DNA of 64,000 nucleotides from an uncultured Gammaproteobacteria bacterium. GTDB taxonomy: Bacteria; Patescibacteriota; Microgenomatia; JAMCZE01. The notes under the pieces are model-generated. The model was not told the DNA's origin, ran no database searches, and was given only the letters and a program-made list of their open reading frames with translations. Made by a program: the position numbers and the translations under genes. Of this stretch, positions 34,945 through 44,909 are shown one piece after another; within the stretch, counting starts at the first letter, position 1, and every line of letters starts with the position of its first letter. The stretch spans positions 15,757 to 79,756 of the forward strand of contig CAZXMM010000001.1 of the NCBI GenBank assembly GCA_964641255.1. Reading direction: 5' to 3'.

Positions 34945-36407
34945 TGGCATCGGCTGCTTCTGGTGAGTTGTTTAGGCCTGATTTCGGGGAAAACCTGGTT
35001 CCCCGTCCCGAGCTAGCGGAAATTACCTTCGTTAACTCAGATTTCCAACTCCCCATTGAGGGTTGGCCCGAACACGGTTATAGGAAAGACTCGTCAACTC
35101 CTCCTCTACCCCCACCACAACAGATCGCTCTCTTAAGGCGTTTTTTTGTGGAAATTTCCCACGAGTCACAGGTAGAAAACACACGACCAGCATATGTCCT
35201 ATCGGGGATGAATCGCGCCGCAATGTTTCCGGGACTTTTTGAATTTAGAAATAGTAGGGGTGGGGTGTTTTTTTCAGTCAACATCAAACCCGTTGGTATC
35301 ACTCAGGCTTTTTGGGAACAAGTACTGCGAACATTTACAGACCTAGAGTCACAAGAATTGCTTAGAACAGTGCAAGACACTCACCCAAAATATTTCATCG
35401 CAGAACAACCCGATCTTGACGAAATTCGCGGTTCAGCAAAATACGATTCTCTTCAAGCTGATGTAGATAATTCTTTACGCTTGAACCGGGGGGGAGCTAG
35501 AGTCACCTTACCACTAGTGCTCATTAGAGCAGCTGTCCCCGAGGAGATACGGGCCAAATTTCCAGACTTGCAAGATAACCAACAGTTTGGATCAGAAGCT
35601 AGGGCACAACGCAATCCCCACAGCATATTGGATCTTTACATTGCAACCTTTGGCTCTCCAGAGGCAACACTCAGCTATGGTGCGGGCAAAGACCCAGACA
35701 AGGCAGATAGAATGATTGCTTTAGCTAAGGTACTTCTTAATAGAGAAGGGATTAAACCTCAGCCTATTGAGAGTGACGCAGACTATTTAAAAACCTTTAT
35801 GGAGGTCTTTGGAAAAGATGTTGTTGGCAGTTTTATCAAGCAACGATATATTTTCCGAAGCTTGGGAGCTAGAGGGGGGTTTGATAGTGGTCACAATGTG
35901 ACATTGGGCATTGAAGCTAAGGACCACGATACGGGACATTTTATTAAGGGAAAAATTAGTGAACGCGATTGGCAAAATTTGATTAATAGTTACTTCATGG
36001 GCATAACCAATTGTGCCATGCTTTATTACGCCGTAAGAGAACATCGGGACGGTTCACTACTGGATCATCCCCGTGACCATGTAGAAGATTTGTTTACTCT
36101 TTACAACTATAATGTCTTAAGCCAGCTTTCGATTGGGGATAGACTGGAGTTTCACAAGAGAATAACTGAACTTATTAACCATTCCTCCACCAAAAATTCT
36201 TCATTAGTCTTGAATATGGGTGGTGAACAACAAGCTCACAACTTGAATGATTTTTTTATCAAGATGCTCAATCGAGGTGGTAGTTCTGAGTGGCGAGGAG
36301 CATTCACCCGCTTTTGGGGGGGTAGCAACAAATTTGACGCTGCTTTTCTAGATAAATTGCCCAGGGTACTTAGTAGTCTTGAAGCGCTACGTCAGTTTAG
36401 AATGTAA
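34941..36407 (+). CDS. Hypothetical protein, possible SelO/kinase-like fold
   Basis: 488-aa ORF; NIKPVG and HNVTLGIEAKDHD motifs. Confidence 0.55.
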   Translation: MMASAASGELFRPDFGENLVPRPELAEITFVNSDFQLPIEGWPEHGYRKDSSTPPLPPPQQIALLRRFFVEISHESQVENTRPAYVLSGMNRAAMFPGLFEFRNSRGGVFFSVNIKPVGITQAFWEQVLRTFTDLESQELLRTVQDTHPKYFIAEQPDLDEIRGSAKYDSLQADVDNSLRLNRGGARVTLPLVLIRAAVPEEIRAKFPDLQDNQQFGSEARAQRNPHSILDLYIATFGSPEATLSYGAGKDPDKADRMIALAKVLLNREGIKPQPIESDADYLKTFMEVFGKDVVGSFIKQRYIFRSLGARGGFDSGHNVTLGIEAKDHDTGHFIKGKISERDWQNLINSYFMGITNCAMLYYAVREHRDGSLLDHPRDHVEDLFTLYNYNVLSQLSIGDRLEFHKRITELINHSSTKNSSLVLNMGGEQQAHNLNDFFIKMLNRGGSSEWRGAFTRFWGGSNKFDAAFLDKLPRVLSSLEALRQFRM

Positions 36408-36572
36408 ATTCAACAGCAATTTGTTTTGTTCTACAAAACTCAACACAGTAACGGGCACTTTACCGGAGCGTTTGTTGAAAGTTTTTCAGTCTGTGGCAAA
36501 AAATCCAAATCTAAAATAGGCAAAATGGCCTTTCACCAGCCAGTGACAGGGTTTGTAAAGAGCGGCACTTGG

Positions 36573-37673
36573 CTACTTGTCACCAACTAAAACTACCTCT
36601 TCAACTAACCGGTTGGCATAGCCCCACTCATTGTCGTACCAGGCAAAGACCTTCACTAAATCTCCTTTATCACTATTAGGGGTGCTGCCTACCACTTGAG
36701 TAAGGGAGAGATCCACAATGGCCGAGTGGGGATTACCAACAATATCCGAAGACACGATCGGGTCAGTGGTTACTTCCAAGATATGAGAATAACGATCACT
36801 TAAGGCCGCTTCTCTCATCGCTGCATTAACTTCTTCAACACTGACTTCCTTTTTAAGATGAAACGTAAAATCAGAGAGTGAGCCCACAACTACCGGAACT
36901 CGAACTGCCACTCCCGTAAACAGACCCTTAAGTTCCGGCACTGCTTCAGTAGCGGCAATGGCTGCCCCAGTAGAGGTAGGAACAATATTCATGGCGGCCG
37001 CTCTGGCTCGACGATAATCTTTATGACCACCGTCCTGGAGTTCCTGATCGGAAGTATAGGCGTGCATTGTGGTCATCATCGCTTTATTAACCCCGAACTT
37101 AGCCACCATTATCTGAGCAACTGGGGAAATACAATTAGTGGTACAGGAAGCGTTTGATAGCACCCGGTCAGTCGGAGCCACACTGGCGCCGGAAAACGTG
37201 GTAGCCTGCTCCTGTAAATTGACGTCCAAAACGTAAGTTTTAATGGTACTATCCTTAGCTGGTGCTGACAAAATCACTTTTTTAGCTCCAGCCGTTAAGT
37301 GGGGCGTGATTTTTTCCAGCGTAGTAAATTTCCCAGTCGATTCGATGACAACATCGACCTCGTGAGCTTTCCAGGGCAGCAGTGAGGGGTCTTTTTCACT
37401 ATAAAACTGTATCTTTTTACCGTCAACGATTAAGTTACCAACTAATTTGGGTACCTGATTTTCTCCACCGACCGCTTCTTCTGATGACACCTCATGCCCG
37501 ACTAACGACCCGTAAGCCGTGTCGTACTTGAGTAAAAATTCCCAGCCTTTGATGTTTGTCGAACTGCCGCCATTAATAGCCACTAGTTCAATTTGGTCGG
37601 CAAAGCGAGCAAGCATCACCCGGTGAGCCACTCTACCAATCCGCCCGTAACCATTGATGGCAACTTTAATCAT
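36573..37673 (-). CDS. gap: Glyceraldehyde-3-phosphate dehydrogenase
   Basis: INGYGRIGR, SNASCTTNC, WYDNEWGY. Confidence 0.97.
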   Translation of the reverse strand: MIKVAINGYGRIGRVAHRVMLARFADQIELVAINGGSSTNIKGWEFLLKYDTAYGSLVGHEVSSEEAVGGENQVPKLVGNLIVDGKKIQFYSEKDPSLLPWKAHEVDVVIESTGKFTTLEKITPHLTAGAKKVILSAPAKDSTIKTYVLDVNLQEQATTFSGASVAPTDRVLSNASCTTNCISPVAQIMVAKFGVNKAMMTTMHAYTSDQELQDGGHKDYRRARAAAMNIVPTSTGAAIAATEAVPELKGLFTGVAVRVPVVVGSLSDFTFHLKKEVSVEEVNAAMREAALSDRYSHILEVTTDPIVSSDIVGNPHSAIVDLSLTQVVGSTPNSDKGDLVKVFAWYDNEWGYANRLVEEVVLVGDK

Positions 37674-37692
37674 AGTTAAATTTCTAATGAGC

Positions 37693-38739
37693 CTAATTTT
37701 CCAGAGCCTTCAGCCCCGGAAGTTCTTCCCCGGCCAAAAACTTAAGCATCGAGCCCCCACCAGTTGATATCCAATCAAATTTTTCCTTAAGTCCTAGCTT
37801 ATCAAGAAAAGTAATCGTATCGCCACCCCCAACCACCTTGAAGGCTTTGGTGTTATTAACCATTAGTTCAGCCATGCGTCTTGAACCAAGTTGATAGGTA
37901 TACTCCTCTACTTTGCCCAGCGGACCATTCCAGATAATGGTGGCGGCGTAGGACAGGATAATCTGGCACTGGTCGACCGACTCAAGAGTGGTATCTTTAC
38001 CATCGGGAGTAAGATCTAGATAGAGAATCTTGCCTTTCTTTTCCCCCACTTCGTGCAGGAGCTTACCCCCCACTATGACTCGGTCAGCATAGTTACTCAT
38101 ATTGGCAATTACCGGCAATTTAGTTTCTAATTTAGCCCCCCCAATAATCACAATGATCGGACGGCGAGGAAGATCTAAAATGGTCGTAAACACCTCTACC
38201 TCTTTTAGGAGCCGAAGGCCCGCATAGTGGGGCAATAACTTAGGGAGACCAACTAAGCTGGTATGGGCTCGCTCACAAACCGCAAAGGCTTCGTTGATGT
38301 AGATCTGGGCTAAGTCCGCCAGCTCCCGGGCAAAAATCTCGTCATTAGCTTCTTCCCTTGGATCAAAGCGCAAATTCTCCAGAACCGTAAGTTTGTCATT
38401 AACCGCAAAGCCCTTGATATTGTTTCCCAAGATAACGTCTGATACCTCATTTGGAGCGATTACTTTGTTAGTAAACCATAGCGCTACCAGCTTTGAAGAA
38501 TAAGTTAAATCTTCTTTACCTTCGGGCCTGCCAATGTGGCCAGCAAGAATAATTTTGCAATTTTGTTTAAGAAGGTACTCAATGGTGGGCCAGATGCTTT
38601 GCAATCGGGTGTCGTCCAAAATTCCCGTGGTGGTTTGATGATTTTTGTCTATGACAGGACCATAAGGAACGTCAATATCTCCCCTGACAAAAACGGTCTT
38701 GTTTTTAAGATCGGCAGACTCAATGCTGGGCAGTTGCAT
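37693..38739 (-). CDS. pgk: Phosphoglycerate kinase (shortened)
   Basis: DDTRL, HIGRP, LENLRF, IGGAK, WNGPLG, GGGDT, STGGG. Confidence 0.93.
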   Translation of the reverse strand: MQLPSIESADLKNKTVFVRGDIDVPYGPVIDKNHQTTTGILDDTRLQSIWPTIEYLLKQNCKIILAGHIGRPEGKEDLTYSSKLVALWFTNKVIAPNEVSDVILGNNIKGFAVNDKLTVLENLRFDPREEANDEIFARELADLAQIYINEAFAVCERAHTSLVGLPKLLPHYAGLRLLKEVEVFTTILDLPRRPIIVIIGGAKLETKLPVIANMSNYADRVIVGGKLLHEVGEKKGKILYLDLTPDGKDTTLESVDQCQIILSYAATIIWNGPLGKVEEYTYQLGSRRMAELMVNNTKAFKVVGGGDTITFLDKLGLKEKFDWISTGGGSMLKFLAGEELPGLKALEN

Positions 38740-38760
38740 AGTAAGAATTAGTCTAGCACA

Positions 38761-39735
38761 TCACTTCACTAGATTGAGTGGGGTTTTCCCGGATAATGCA
38801 GCAATGATATTTCCGGCTGCCGTGCGGCTCATGTCATTGCGAGCTTCGGTGGTCGCCGAAGCAATGTGGGGAGTAAGAACTACACTAGGAAGGCTATACA
38901 GTCGTTTTTCCGATTCGCTAATAACGGCCGTCTCATCCTCAAAAACATCGAGTCCTGCCCCAGCAATCCACTTTTGTTCGAGGGCCTGAGCTAGAGCCAT
39001 TTCGTCAATAATGGCCCCCCGAGCGGTATTAATGAGGAGGGCGGTTTTCTTCATTTCTGAAAGTTCTTTTTTTGAGATTAAGTGTCTCGTCTCAGGAGTC
39101 AGGGGCACATGGAGAGAAACCACGTCGCTGACTTGTAGAAGCGTATCCAAATTATCAATAAACTCAGCCTGAAGTATCGGATCAAGTTCATCATTTTTCT
39201 TATGTGAATGATAAACAATCTTCATCCCTAGTCCCAGTTTGGCAATCCGCGCTACAGCAACGCCGATTCGCCCTAAACCCACTACTCCTAAGGTTTTATC
39301 CGAGAGTTCGGTGCCAATGAAAATGTTTGGTTCCCACTGGGTGTATTTTCCAGCTCGAACGTACGTGTCAGCGGGGATGATTTTCCGGGCGACCGCCAGA
39401 AGCAGGGCAATAGTGTGTTCCGCCACTGACATTTCAAAGCCACCCGGAGTATTGGTAACAAAAACGTTTTTTGCTTGGGCTGCAGCCACATCAATGTTGT
39501 CATACCCCACCGCATAATTGGCCACGATTTTTAGCTGCGGACCAGCTGCATCAAGGACCGCTTCAGTAATTTTGTCGGTTAACAAAGAAAGAATGGCATC
39601 AGCCCCAGCGACAAAGTCTTTCAATTCATTCGGGCTCAGAACTCGGTCCTCTTTATTAACCACTAGGTCATAGCCCTGTTGTTGTAAAAGATCAAGCGCT
39701 GGACCAGGAATATCACGAGTAATTACAATTTTCAT
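38761..39735 (-). CDS. D-2-hydroxyacid dehydrogenase (glyoxylate/hydroxypyruvate reductase type)
   Basis: AVGYDNID, GLGRIG, NTARG, LDVFE, TPHIAS. Confidence 0.92.
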   Translation of the reverse strand: MKIVITRDIPGPALDLLQQQGYDLVVNKEDRVLSPNELKDFVAGADAILSLLTDKITEAVLDAAGPQLKIVANYAVGYDNIDVAAAQAKNVFVTNTPGGFEMSVAEHTIALLLAVARKIIPADTYVRAGKYTQWEPNIFIGTELSDKTLGVVGLGRIGVAVARIAKLGLGMKIVYHSHKKNDELDPILQAEFIDNLDTLLQVSDVVSLHVPLTPETRHLISKKELSEMKKTALLINTARGAIIDEMALAQALEQKWIAGAGLDVFEDETAVISESEKRLYSLPSVVLTPHIASATTEARNDMSRTAAGNIIAALSGKTPLNLVK

Positions 39736-41405
39736 TAACTCTTTTGTAGTAAATATCTCTCACTATACTCCTTAGTAATCCCAATTTTCTTGTTGGGATT
39801 AAAAATGCCACCAGGATCAAAAATCTGTTTTATCTGGGAAAATATTTGGTAGATCTCGTGCCCGAACTGCATCTCTACAAAGGGAGCCCGGACGAGTCCG
39901 TCATTATGCTCTCCAGAGATTGAACCACCATACTTTACGGTGAGGGCAAAGCATTCTTCCCCCACGCTAAAAATCTCGTCTCGTTCTTCTTTTTTACTCA
40001 TGTCCATCAGGGGGAAAATATGGAAGTTCCCATCCCCAATGTGTCCCGCCACTGTAAAGGTCATCTTCGATTTATTAAGAATTTCGTAGAGCGCAGGTAA
40101 AAACTCTGGCAAGAACTGGGGCGATACGGTTAAGTCGTCAATAAATGGGGCGGCGTATTTACCCTGGACTCTTTGGCGAAGCAGGTTAAAGCTCTCGTGT
40201 CTTACTGCCCACCAAATTTCGCGCTCAACAGGTTCTGTAATAATTTTAACTCCGAGGTTTAGTGGCTTAAGAGCATCAGAGAGGCGTTCTACTTTTGTTT
40301 TAACTTCCGCCTCGCTACCCTCTTCAAATTCGACAAGTAGGACAAGCTTGGCGTCCTCAGCTTCCCCAAAGAAGTTCCCAGCGTTATAGTTGTGGACTTC
40401 AGCAGTATAGTGTTTCTTCACTATTTCCAGCAAATCCGGGAAATACTGCACTGCTAACTTTGTGGTGTACTGATCAAAGCATTCAAACTCCGTAGGTTGA
40501 TGAGACAGTACCGTCTGCACCACTCCGGGGATTTGGGCAAAGTCGTCAACACTAATTACCATGAGCTGGTGACTCTGCTTAATTGGAACAAGACCGATCT
40601 TGGCTTGGGTCATTATCCCCAGAGTTCCTTGGGAACCGACAAAGAGTTTGGTCATATCAAAAACTCCATTTTCCACAATGCCCGAGGGCCGCCCCTCTTC
40701 GGTTTTTTGGGCACCTGGGGTCCAAACGTCCCAAATTTGATAGCCAGTAGAATTCTTCGAGACGGACGGTCGGTGAGCCTGAATTAAGTTGTAGTTAGTA
40801 GACAGTAGTGCGTAGACTTCGCGATATATTTGTCCTTCCAAATCTTGCTGGGCCATTTTTAGTTTCAGTCCATCTTCACGCATTTTAGTAAAGCCGTATT
40901 CTTTTCCGTCCCTAAGAATAACCATCACTTCTTCAACATATTTGACCGTTTTACCGTAGGATAGAGACTTTTCCCCTCCCGCATTATTATTAATAATCCC
41001 CCCAATCGCACACAGATTTTTAGAAGCGGGGAATGAGGGAAAAATTAAACCTTTTTCCAGTGTTGCTTTTTCAAAGTCACGGTAAAACACTCCCGGCTCA
41101 ACTGTGGCGAAGCTTTCGCCGATCTCAAGAATGCGACTTAGATGTTCAGTTAAAGAAATACAAATAGATTCAGTGAGCGAGCCGCCACTCATATCAGTTC
41201 CCGCTGCCCGGGCAACTAGGGATAATCCAGGATTAGCGTTGACAAAAGTTACCAGGGCGGAGATATCAGCGGCGTCCCAAGGACAGACAACAACTCTGGG
41301 AGTCATGGTAAACACACTGGCATCACGGCTGTGTTTTGCTAGGGTTTCCGCATCAGTGTAGACTTCCCCTTTAACAATCTTGCTAAGTTCTTCGGGCAGA
41401 TCCAT
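39735..41405 (-). CDS. FAD-binding oxidoreductase (GlcD/D-lactate dehydrogenase family)
   Basis: GSQGTLG, GHIGDGNFH, SGEHNDG, FDPGGIFNP. Confidence 0.9.
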   Translation of the reverse strand: MDLPEELSKIVKGEVYTDAETLAKHSRDASVFTMTPRVVVCPWDAADISALVTFVNANPGLSLVARAAGTDMSGGSLTESICISLTEHLSRILEIGESFATVEPGVFYRDFEKATLEKGLIFPSFPASKNLCAIGGIINNNAGGEKSLSYGKTVKYVEEVMVILRDGKEYGFTKMREDGLKLKMAQQDLEGQIYREVYALLSTNYNLIQAHRPSVSKNSTGYQIWDVWTPGAQKTEEGRPSGIVENGVFDMTKLFVGSQGTLGIMTQAKIGLVPIKQSHQLMVISVDDFAQIPGVVQTVLSHQPTEFECFDQYTTKLAVQYFPDLLEIVKKHYTAEVHNYNAGNFFGEAEDAKLVLLVEFEEGSEAEVKTKVERLSDALKPLNLGVKIITEPVEREIWWAVRHESFNLLRQRVQGKYAAPFIDDLTVSPQFLPEFLPALYEILNKSKMTFTVAGHIGDGNFHIFPLMDMSKKEERDEIFSVGEECFALTVKYGGSISGEHNDGLVRAPFVEMQFGHEIYQIFSQIKQIFDPGGIFNPNKKIGITKEYSERYLLQKS

Positions 41406-41479
41406 GTGTAACTAGATTACAAGATTTTCACGAAATTGACTAGCTATCTGGGGCAGGGTATTTGCTAGTATTAAATACT

Positions 41480-42307
41480 ATGATAAAAGTAAAACGTGAG
41501 GCGGCGGGTGTTAGGGCAAGGGCGGTGGGCACCAGTGGCGAAAAAGAAACTGGTCGAGACACGTTGCTTACAGTAGCGGAGGCTCTAAAGCTTGATAAAC
41601 AGGTTTCCGGTGGAAAAGCGCCACGCCTTTTTTTTGATAATCTTCCTGTCTGGCAAGCAATCCAAAGGGGCTTCCAAATGACCTTGAAAAATTATTTTGA
41701 GGGCAGTGAGTTTCCTGCCGCCGCTCACACTGTGACCATGATTAGCAAGCTCCGAAGAGACCTGCCCCCAGCTTCGCCTTTACCAATTGTCCTTGAACCC
41801 TTTGGGGGAACTGGTCTGGCCACACAGGTGTTCACACGGGGGGGCTACTATGTCCTGGCCACCGAACTCAATGAAACGACCCACCACGTCGCGGTGCACA
41901 ACCTGACACTGGCTCGCGCCAACAATTACGAACGAATTCTCGGAGACGGAGTGGCACTGCTTAAAAAACGAGCCGCCAATCAAGAACAGGTAGACGTTGT
42001 CTTTCTCGACCCACCCTGGAATGGTAAGTATAAGTACGACCTGGCCGGAGATTTTGAGTTGTCAAATATGGAACCGGATGGAAGGTTTTTAGTCGAGACT
42101 GCTTTAAAAGTTGCTCCAATAGTCGCCATTAAAACGCCCCAGAATATTTCAGTTAGCCATATGTTTCAACTGGCTAAAGAGCTTGGAGTGGGGGTGAGAG
42201 TGGAACGGCAAAATATCAAAAACTACCCCCCAGAGTTTTGTCCTGCCACGGTATATTTTATCCGAGGGTCAACACTGCAAGAGGCAGAAAAAGTGACTGT
42301 TTGGTAG
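41480..42307 (+). CDS. SAM-dependent methyltransferase (Tgs1/RsmD-like)
   Basis: LEPFGGTG motif I; DVVFLDPPWNG motif IV. Confidence 0.75.
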   Translation: MIKVKREAAGVRARAVGTSGEKETGRDTLLTVAEALKLDKQVSGGKAPRLFFDNLPVWQAIQRGFQMTLKNYFEGSEFPAAAHTVTMISKLRRDLPPASPLPIVLEPFGGTGLATQVFTRGGYYVLATELNETTHHVAVHNLTLARANNYERILGDGVALLKKRAANQEQVDVVFLDPPWNGKYKYDLAGDFELSNMEPDGRFLVETALKVAPIVAIKTPQNISVSHMFQLAKELGVGVRVERQNIKNYPPEFCPATVYFIRGSTLQEAEKVTVW

Positions 42308-42310
42308 GAA

Positions 42311-43549
42311 TTAGTTACGAAGTACAACGATCAAATCAGCCACATTACTGGGCAGTCTTCCCGTTTGTATTCCATCCCCCACCTTTTCAAAGAAATGGAA
42401 ACTGTCGTTGCTGGTTAGCATTGCCAAGCTATCAAGACCCATTTCTCGGGATTTTTTAATCGTTTCAATATCGCCTATTGCCCCTCCGTTACTGGTGTTG
42501 TCCCAACCATCTGAAGCTACTGAACAAATAACAAGTTTGTCTCCTAAGCTTTGATCCCAATCTGTCAGAGCTCCCAAGACTACCTCCTGATTTCTCCCCC
42601 CTTCGCCTTGGCCTTTAGCGGTTACACTGGTCTCCCCACCGTAAAGCTGAACGGTTTTTTCTTTTATCTCTTTAACTATTTTTCTCCCTACCTCTCGTGC
42701 CTCTCCCTCAATTTTGTCCGTGACAATATCTACACTAAAACCTAAGGAAGTAGCTGTTACTTCCATTGCTTCCAGGGCAGTTATATTGGAAAGAAGAAGT
42801 AGGTTTTGCACATTGTGAAAGAATTTTTCGTCTTTAGGGGTTTCCTTGAGGTCCTCTTTTTTTAGTGGCAATCTATATTTCTCCGCAAGACTCCACGCCT
42901 CTTCTACTGTGGTGTCATCTTTAACCAGCGGTCCTGAGGCAATGGTGGACAGGTCATTACCTGGAACGTCTGAAAAGATGAAGGAAACAATCTGGGCGGG
43001 ATACAAAAGCTTAGCCAGTCCCCCACCTTTAACTGCGTCTAACTTCTTTCGGACGGCATTCATTTCCGTAATATTGGCCCCGGAATGAAGTAGAGTCCTG
43101 TTGGTTTCCAGTACCTGTTCTAAAGACGTGTGGGGCAAAGTAAAGAGGGCTGATCCCCCGCCACAAACCACGACTAACACCAGGTCTTTTTCGGTAAGGT
43201 TGGTTAGTCTGGCCAGAGCATTTTTGGTAAAGTTTGCATTTATTTGCGACGGAAGCGGATGGGTTCCCACCGTAAAAGTTATCTTGTCAGAACTCTCTGA
43301 GACAAGATCAATAACTTCCCCACTGACAAATTTGTCACCTACTTTTTTTTCAATTAGTTTCGACAGTCCCGCCGATCCTTTACCAAAGCCCAAGAGAAAA
43401 ACGCGGTCAAAGTTTTCCAGATGAAGATCAGGAAAGTGTTTATTAATTACTTGATCTGGCTGAATAGCTTCCAGTCCGGCCTCAACGATCTGAAGCGTAA
43501 TCTTTCTTGGTTCACTGCTGGCCAGCTGATCAAAATTATGAATTAACAT
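42311..43549 (-). CDS. Glycerate 2-kinase (MOFRL/TtuD family)
   Basis: GFGKG, HPLP, GGGSAL, SDVPGNDLSTIASGP, GGET, GGRNQE. Confidence 0.92.
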   Translation of the reverse strand: MLIHNFDQLASSEPRKITLQIVEAGLEAIQPDQVINKHFPDLHLENFDRVFLLGFGKGSAGLSKLIEKKVGDKFVSGEVIDLVSESSDKITFTVGTHPLPSQINANFTKNALARLTNLTEKDLVLVVVCGGGSALFTLPHTSLEQVLETNRTLLHSGANITEMNAVRKKLDAVKGGGLAKLLYPAQIVSFIFSDVPGNDLSTIASGPLVKDDTTVEEAWSLAEKYRLPLKKEDLKETPKDEKFFHNVQNLLLLSNITALEAMEVTATSLGFSVDIVTDKIEGEAREVGRKIVKEIKEKTVQLYGGETSVTAKGQGEGGRNQEVVLGALTDWDQSLGDKLVICSVASDGWDNTSNGGAIGDIETIKKSREMGLDSLAMLTSNDSFHFFEKVGDGIQTGRLPSNVADLIVVLRN

Positions 43550-43971
43550 TACAGTCCCAGATTAAAACTAAGTATCAATTTAAAAACTAACCACCCGGCC
43601 ACTCCGGCGATTCCCCACAAGGGAAGAGAAAGTAAACTGGTGTAGCCACCTATTGAATAGACATGGTAAGTCCAGAGGCGCTGGCCCATAAACTTATCGT
43701 AAGTGTAGCCAAGCAAACCCTCCATGATTGTTCCAGAAATTGCAAAGACTAAAAATAGAAGAAGAAGGGAAAAATTAGCGATGGAACTGTAAAGGGTGAC
43801 AATCGCCAGGGGAAACAAGATAAAACTAAGAAATTTCGAAAAAGAATAGTGGTGAATTTTGTAATGTTTTTTTGTAAACACAAAATACAATTTTTCAACC
43901 AGGGATTGAATCGACAAGCTAAATACAAGCAGGCAGATAAAGAAGACTAGCTGGAATTGAGAGTCTGTCAT
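43549..43971 (-). CDS. Membrane protein
   Basis: Four TMs; LWTY...GYTSLLSLPLWG. Confidence 0.7.
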   Translation of the reverse strand: MTDSQFQLVFFICLLVFSLSIQSLVEKLYFVFTKKHYKIHHYSFSKFLSFILFPLAIVTLYSSIANFSLLLLFLVFAISGTIMEGLLGYTYDKFMGQRLWTYHVYSIGGYTSLLSLPLWGIAGVAGWLVFKLILSFNLGL

Positions 43972-44849
43972 AATTTCCCAGCTGACCCAAAAAGTTTAAT
44001 CTTGGATTCAACAATCACTCTCATCTCATCAATGGCAGCGGGCATGATTTTGTAGATGGCGACTTCGTCTCCCTCTCCCCCGTTGATGATTTCTTTAAGT
44101 TTGTCGTGGAAGGCCACTCTTAGTTCTGAGTTAACGTTGACTTTAACAATCCCTACCCCAATTGCCGCTGACACGTCATTATCAGGAATGCCCGATCCCC
44201 CATGAAGGGATAAGAAAGTTGTTCCAAGTTTGGCTCTTATCATACGCAGAAGTTCTAAATCAATATTCTTGGGGCCCGAATATAATCCGTGAACATTACC
44301 AACAAAGGAAGCAAAAGTGTCGACCTTGGTAGCCCCGACAAAGGCTAGGGCCTTGTCTGGGTCAGTGTAGTACTTTTCGTCTCGAACACTATTGACATCA
44401 TCTTTCCGATGATCAGCGCTGCTTGCCCCCATGATGTTAATGTTGTCAATTTCTCCCTCTACTAGCACGTCCTTGGTGTGGGCGTAATCTACTAGCTGCT
44501 TTGCAAGTTTAGTATTCTCTTCGAGGGGCAATTTGGAACCATCCAAATGGACGTAGTCAAAGCCCAAGTCAATAGCTTCCAGACAAGACTCTAAGTTTGG
44601 GGCGTGATCAAGATTCAGAATAATGGGGACGCTGTAGCTTTGTTCCATGGCCCGGACCACCCCAACTAATTCTCTCGCACCAAAATATTCCACTTCCCCA
44701 CTCGACGCCTCAATCATGACGGGAGAACTAAGATTCTTAGCCGCCGTAATGATGGCTTTGAGTGGTTCGATTGAAGCGGCATTGAAAGCCCCAATGGCGA
44801 ACTTTTCTTTTTGCGCTTTTTCAAACCAATACTGTGCTTTGCTCATCAT
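43968..44849 (-). CDS. fba: Class II fructose-bisphosphate aldolase
   Basis: AIGAFN, NLDH, VEGE, GNVHG, LHGGSG, KVNVNSE. Confidence 0.93.
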   Translation of the reverse strand: MMSKAQYWFEKAQKEKFAIGAFNAASIEPLKAIITAAKNLSSPVMIEASSGEVEYFGARELVGVVRAMEQSYSVPIILNLDHAPNLESCLEAIDLGFDYVHLDGSKLPLEENTKLAKQLVDYAHTKDVLVEGEIDNINIMGASSADHRKDDVNSVRDEKYYTDPDKALAFVGATKVDTFASFVGNVHGLYSGPKNIDLELLRMIRAKLGTTFLSLHGGSGIPDNDVSAAIGVGIVKVNVNSELRVAFHDKLKEIINGGEGDEVAIYKIMPAAIDEMRVIVESKIKLFGSAGKL

Positions 44850-44883
44850 AGTATTTAGTATCTAGTATTTTGTATGTAGTATA
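44849..44883. repeat. Degenerate heptamer tandem repeat (TAGTATN x5)
   Basis: TAGTATT TAGTATC TAGTATT TTGTATG TAGTATA. Confidence 0.7.
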
Positions 44884-44909
44884 AAGGGCTCTGGGCTACC
44901 AAGTACCGG

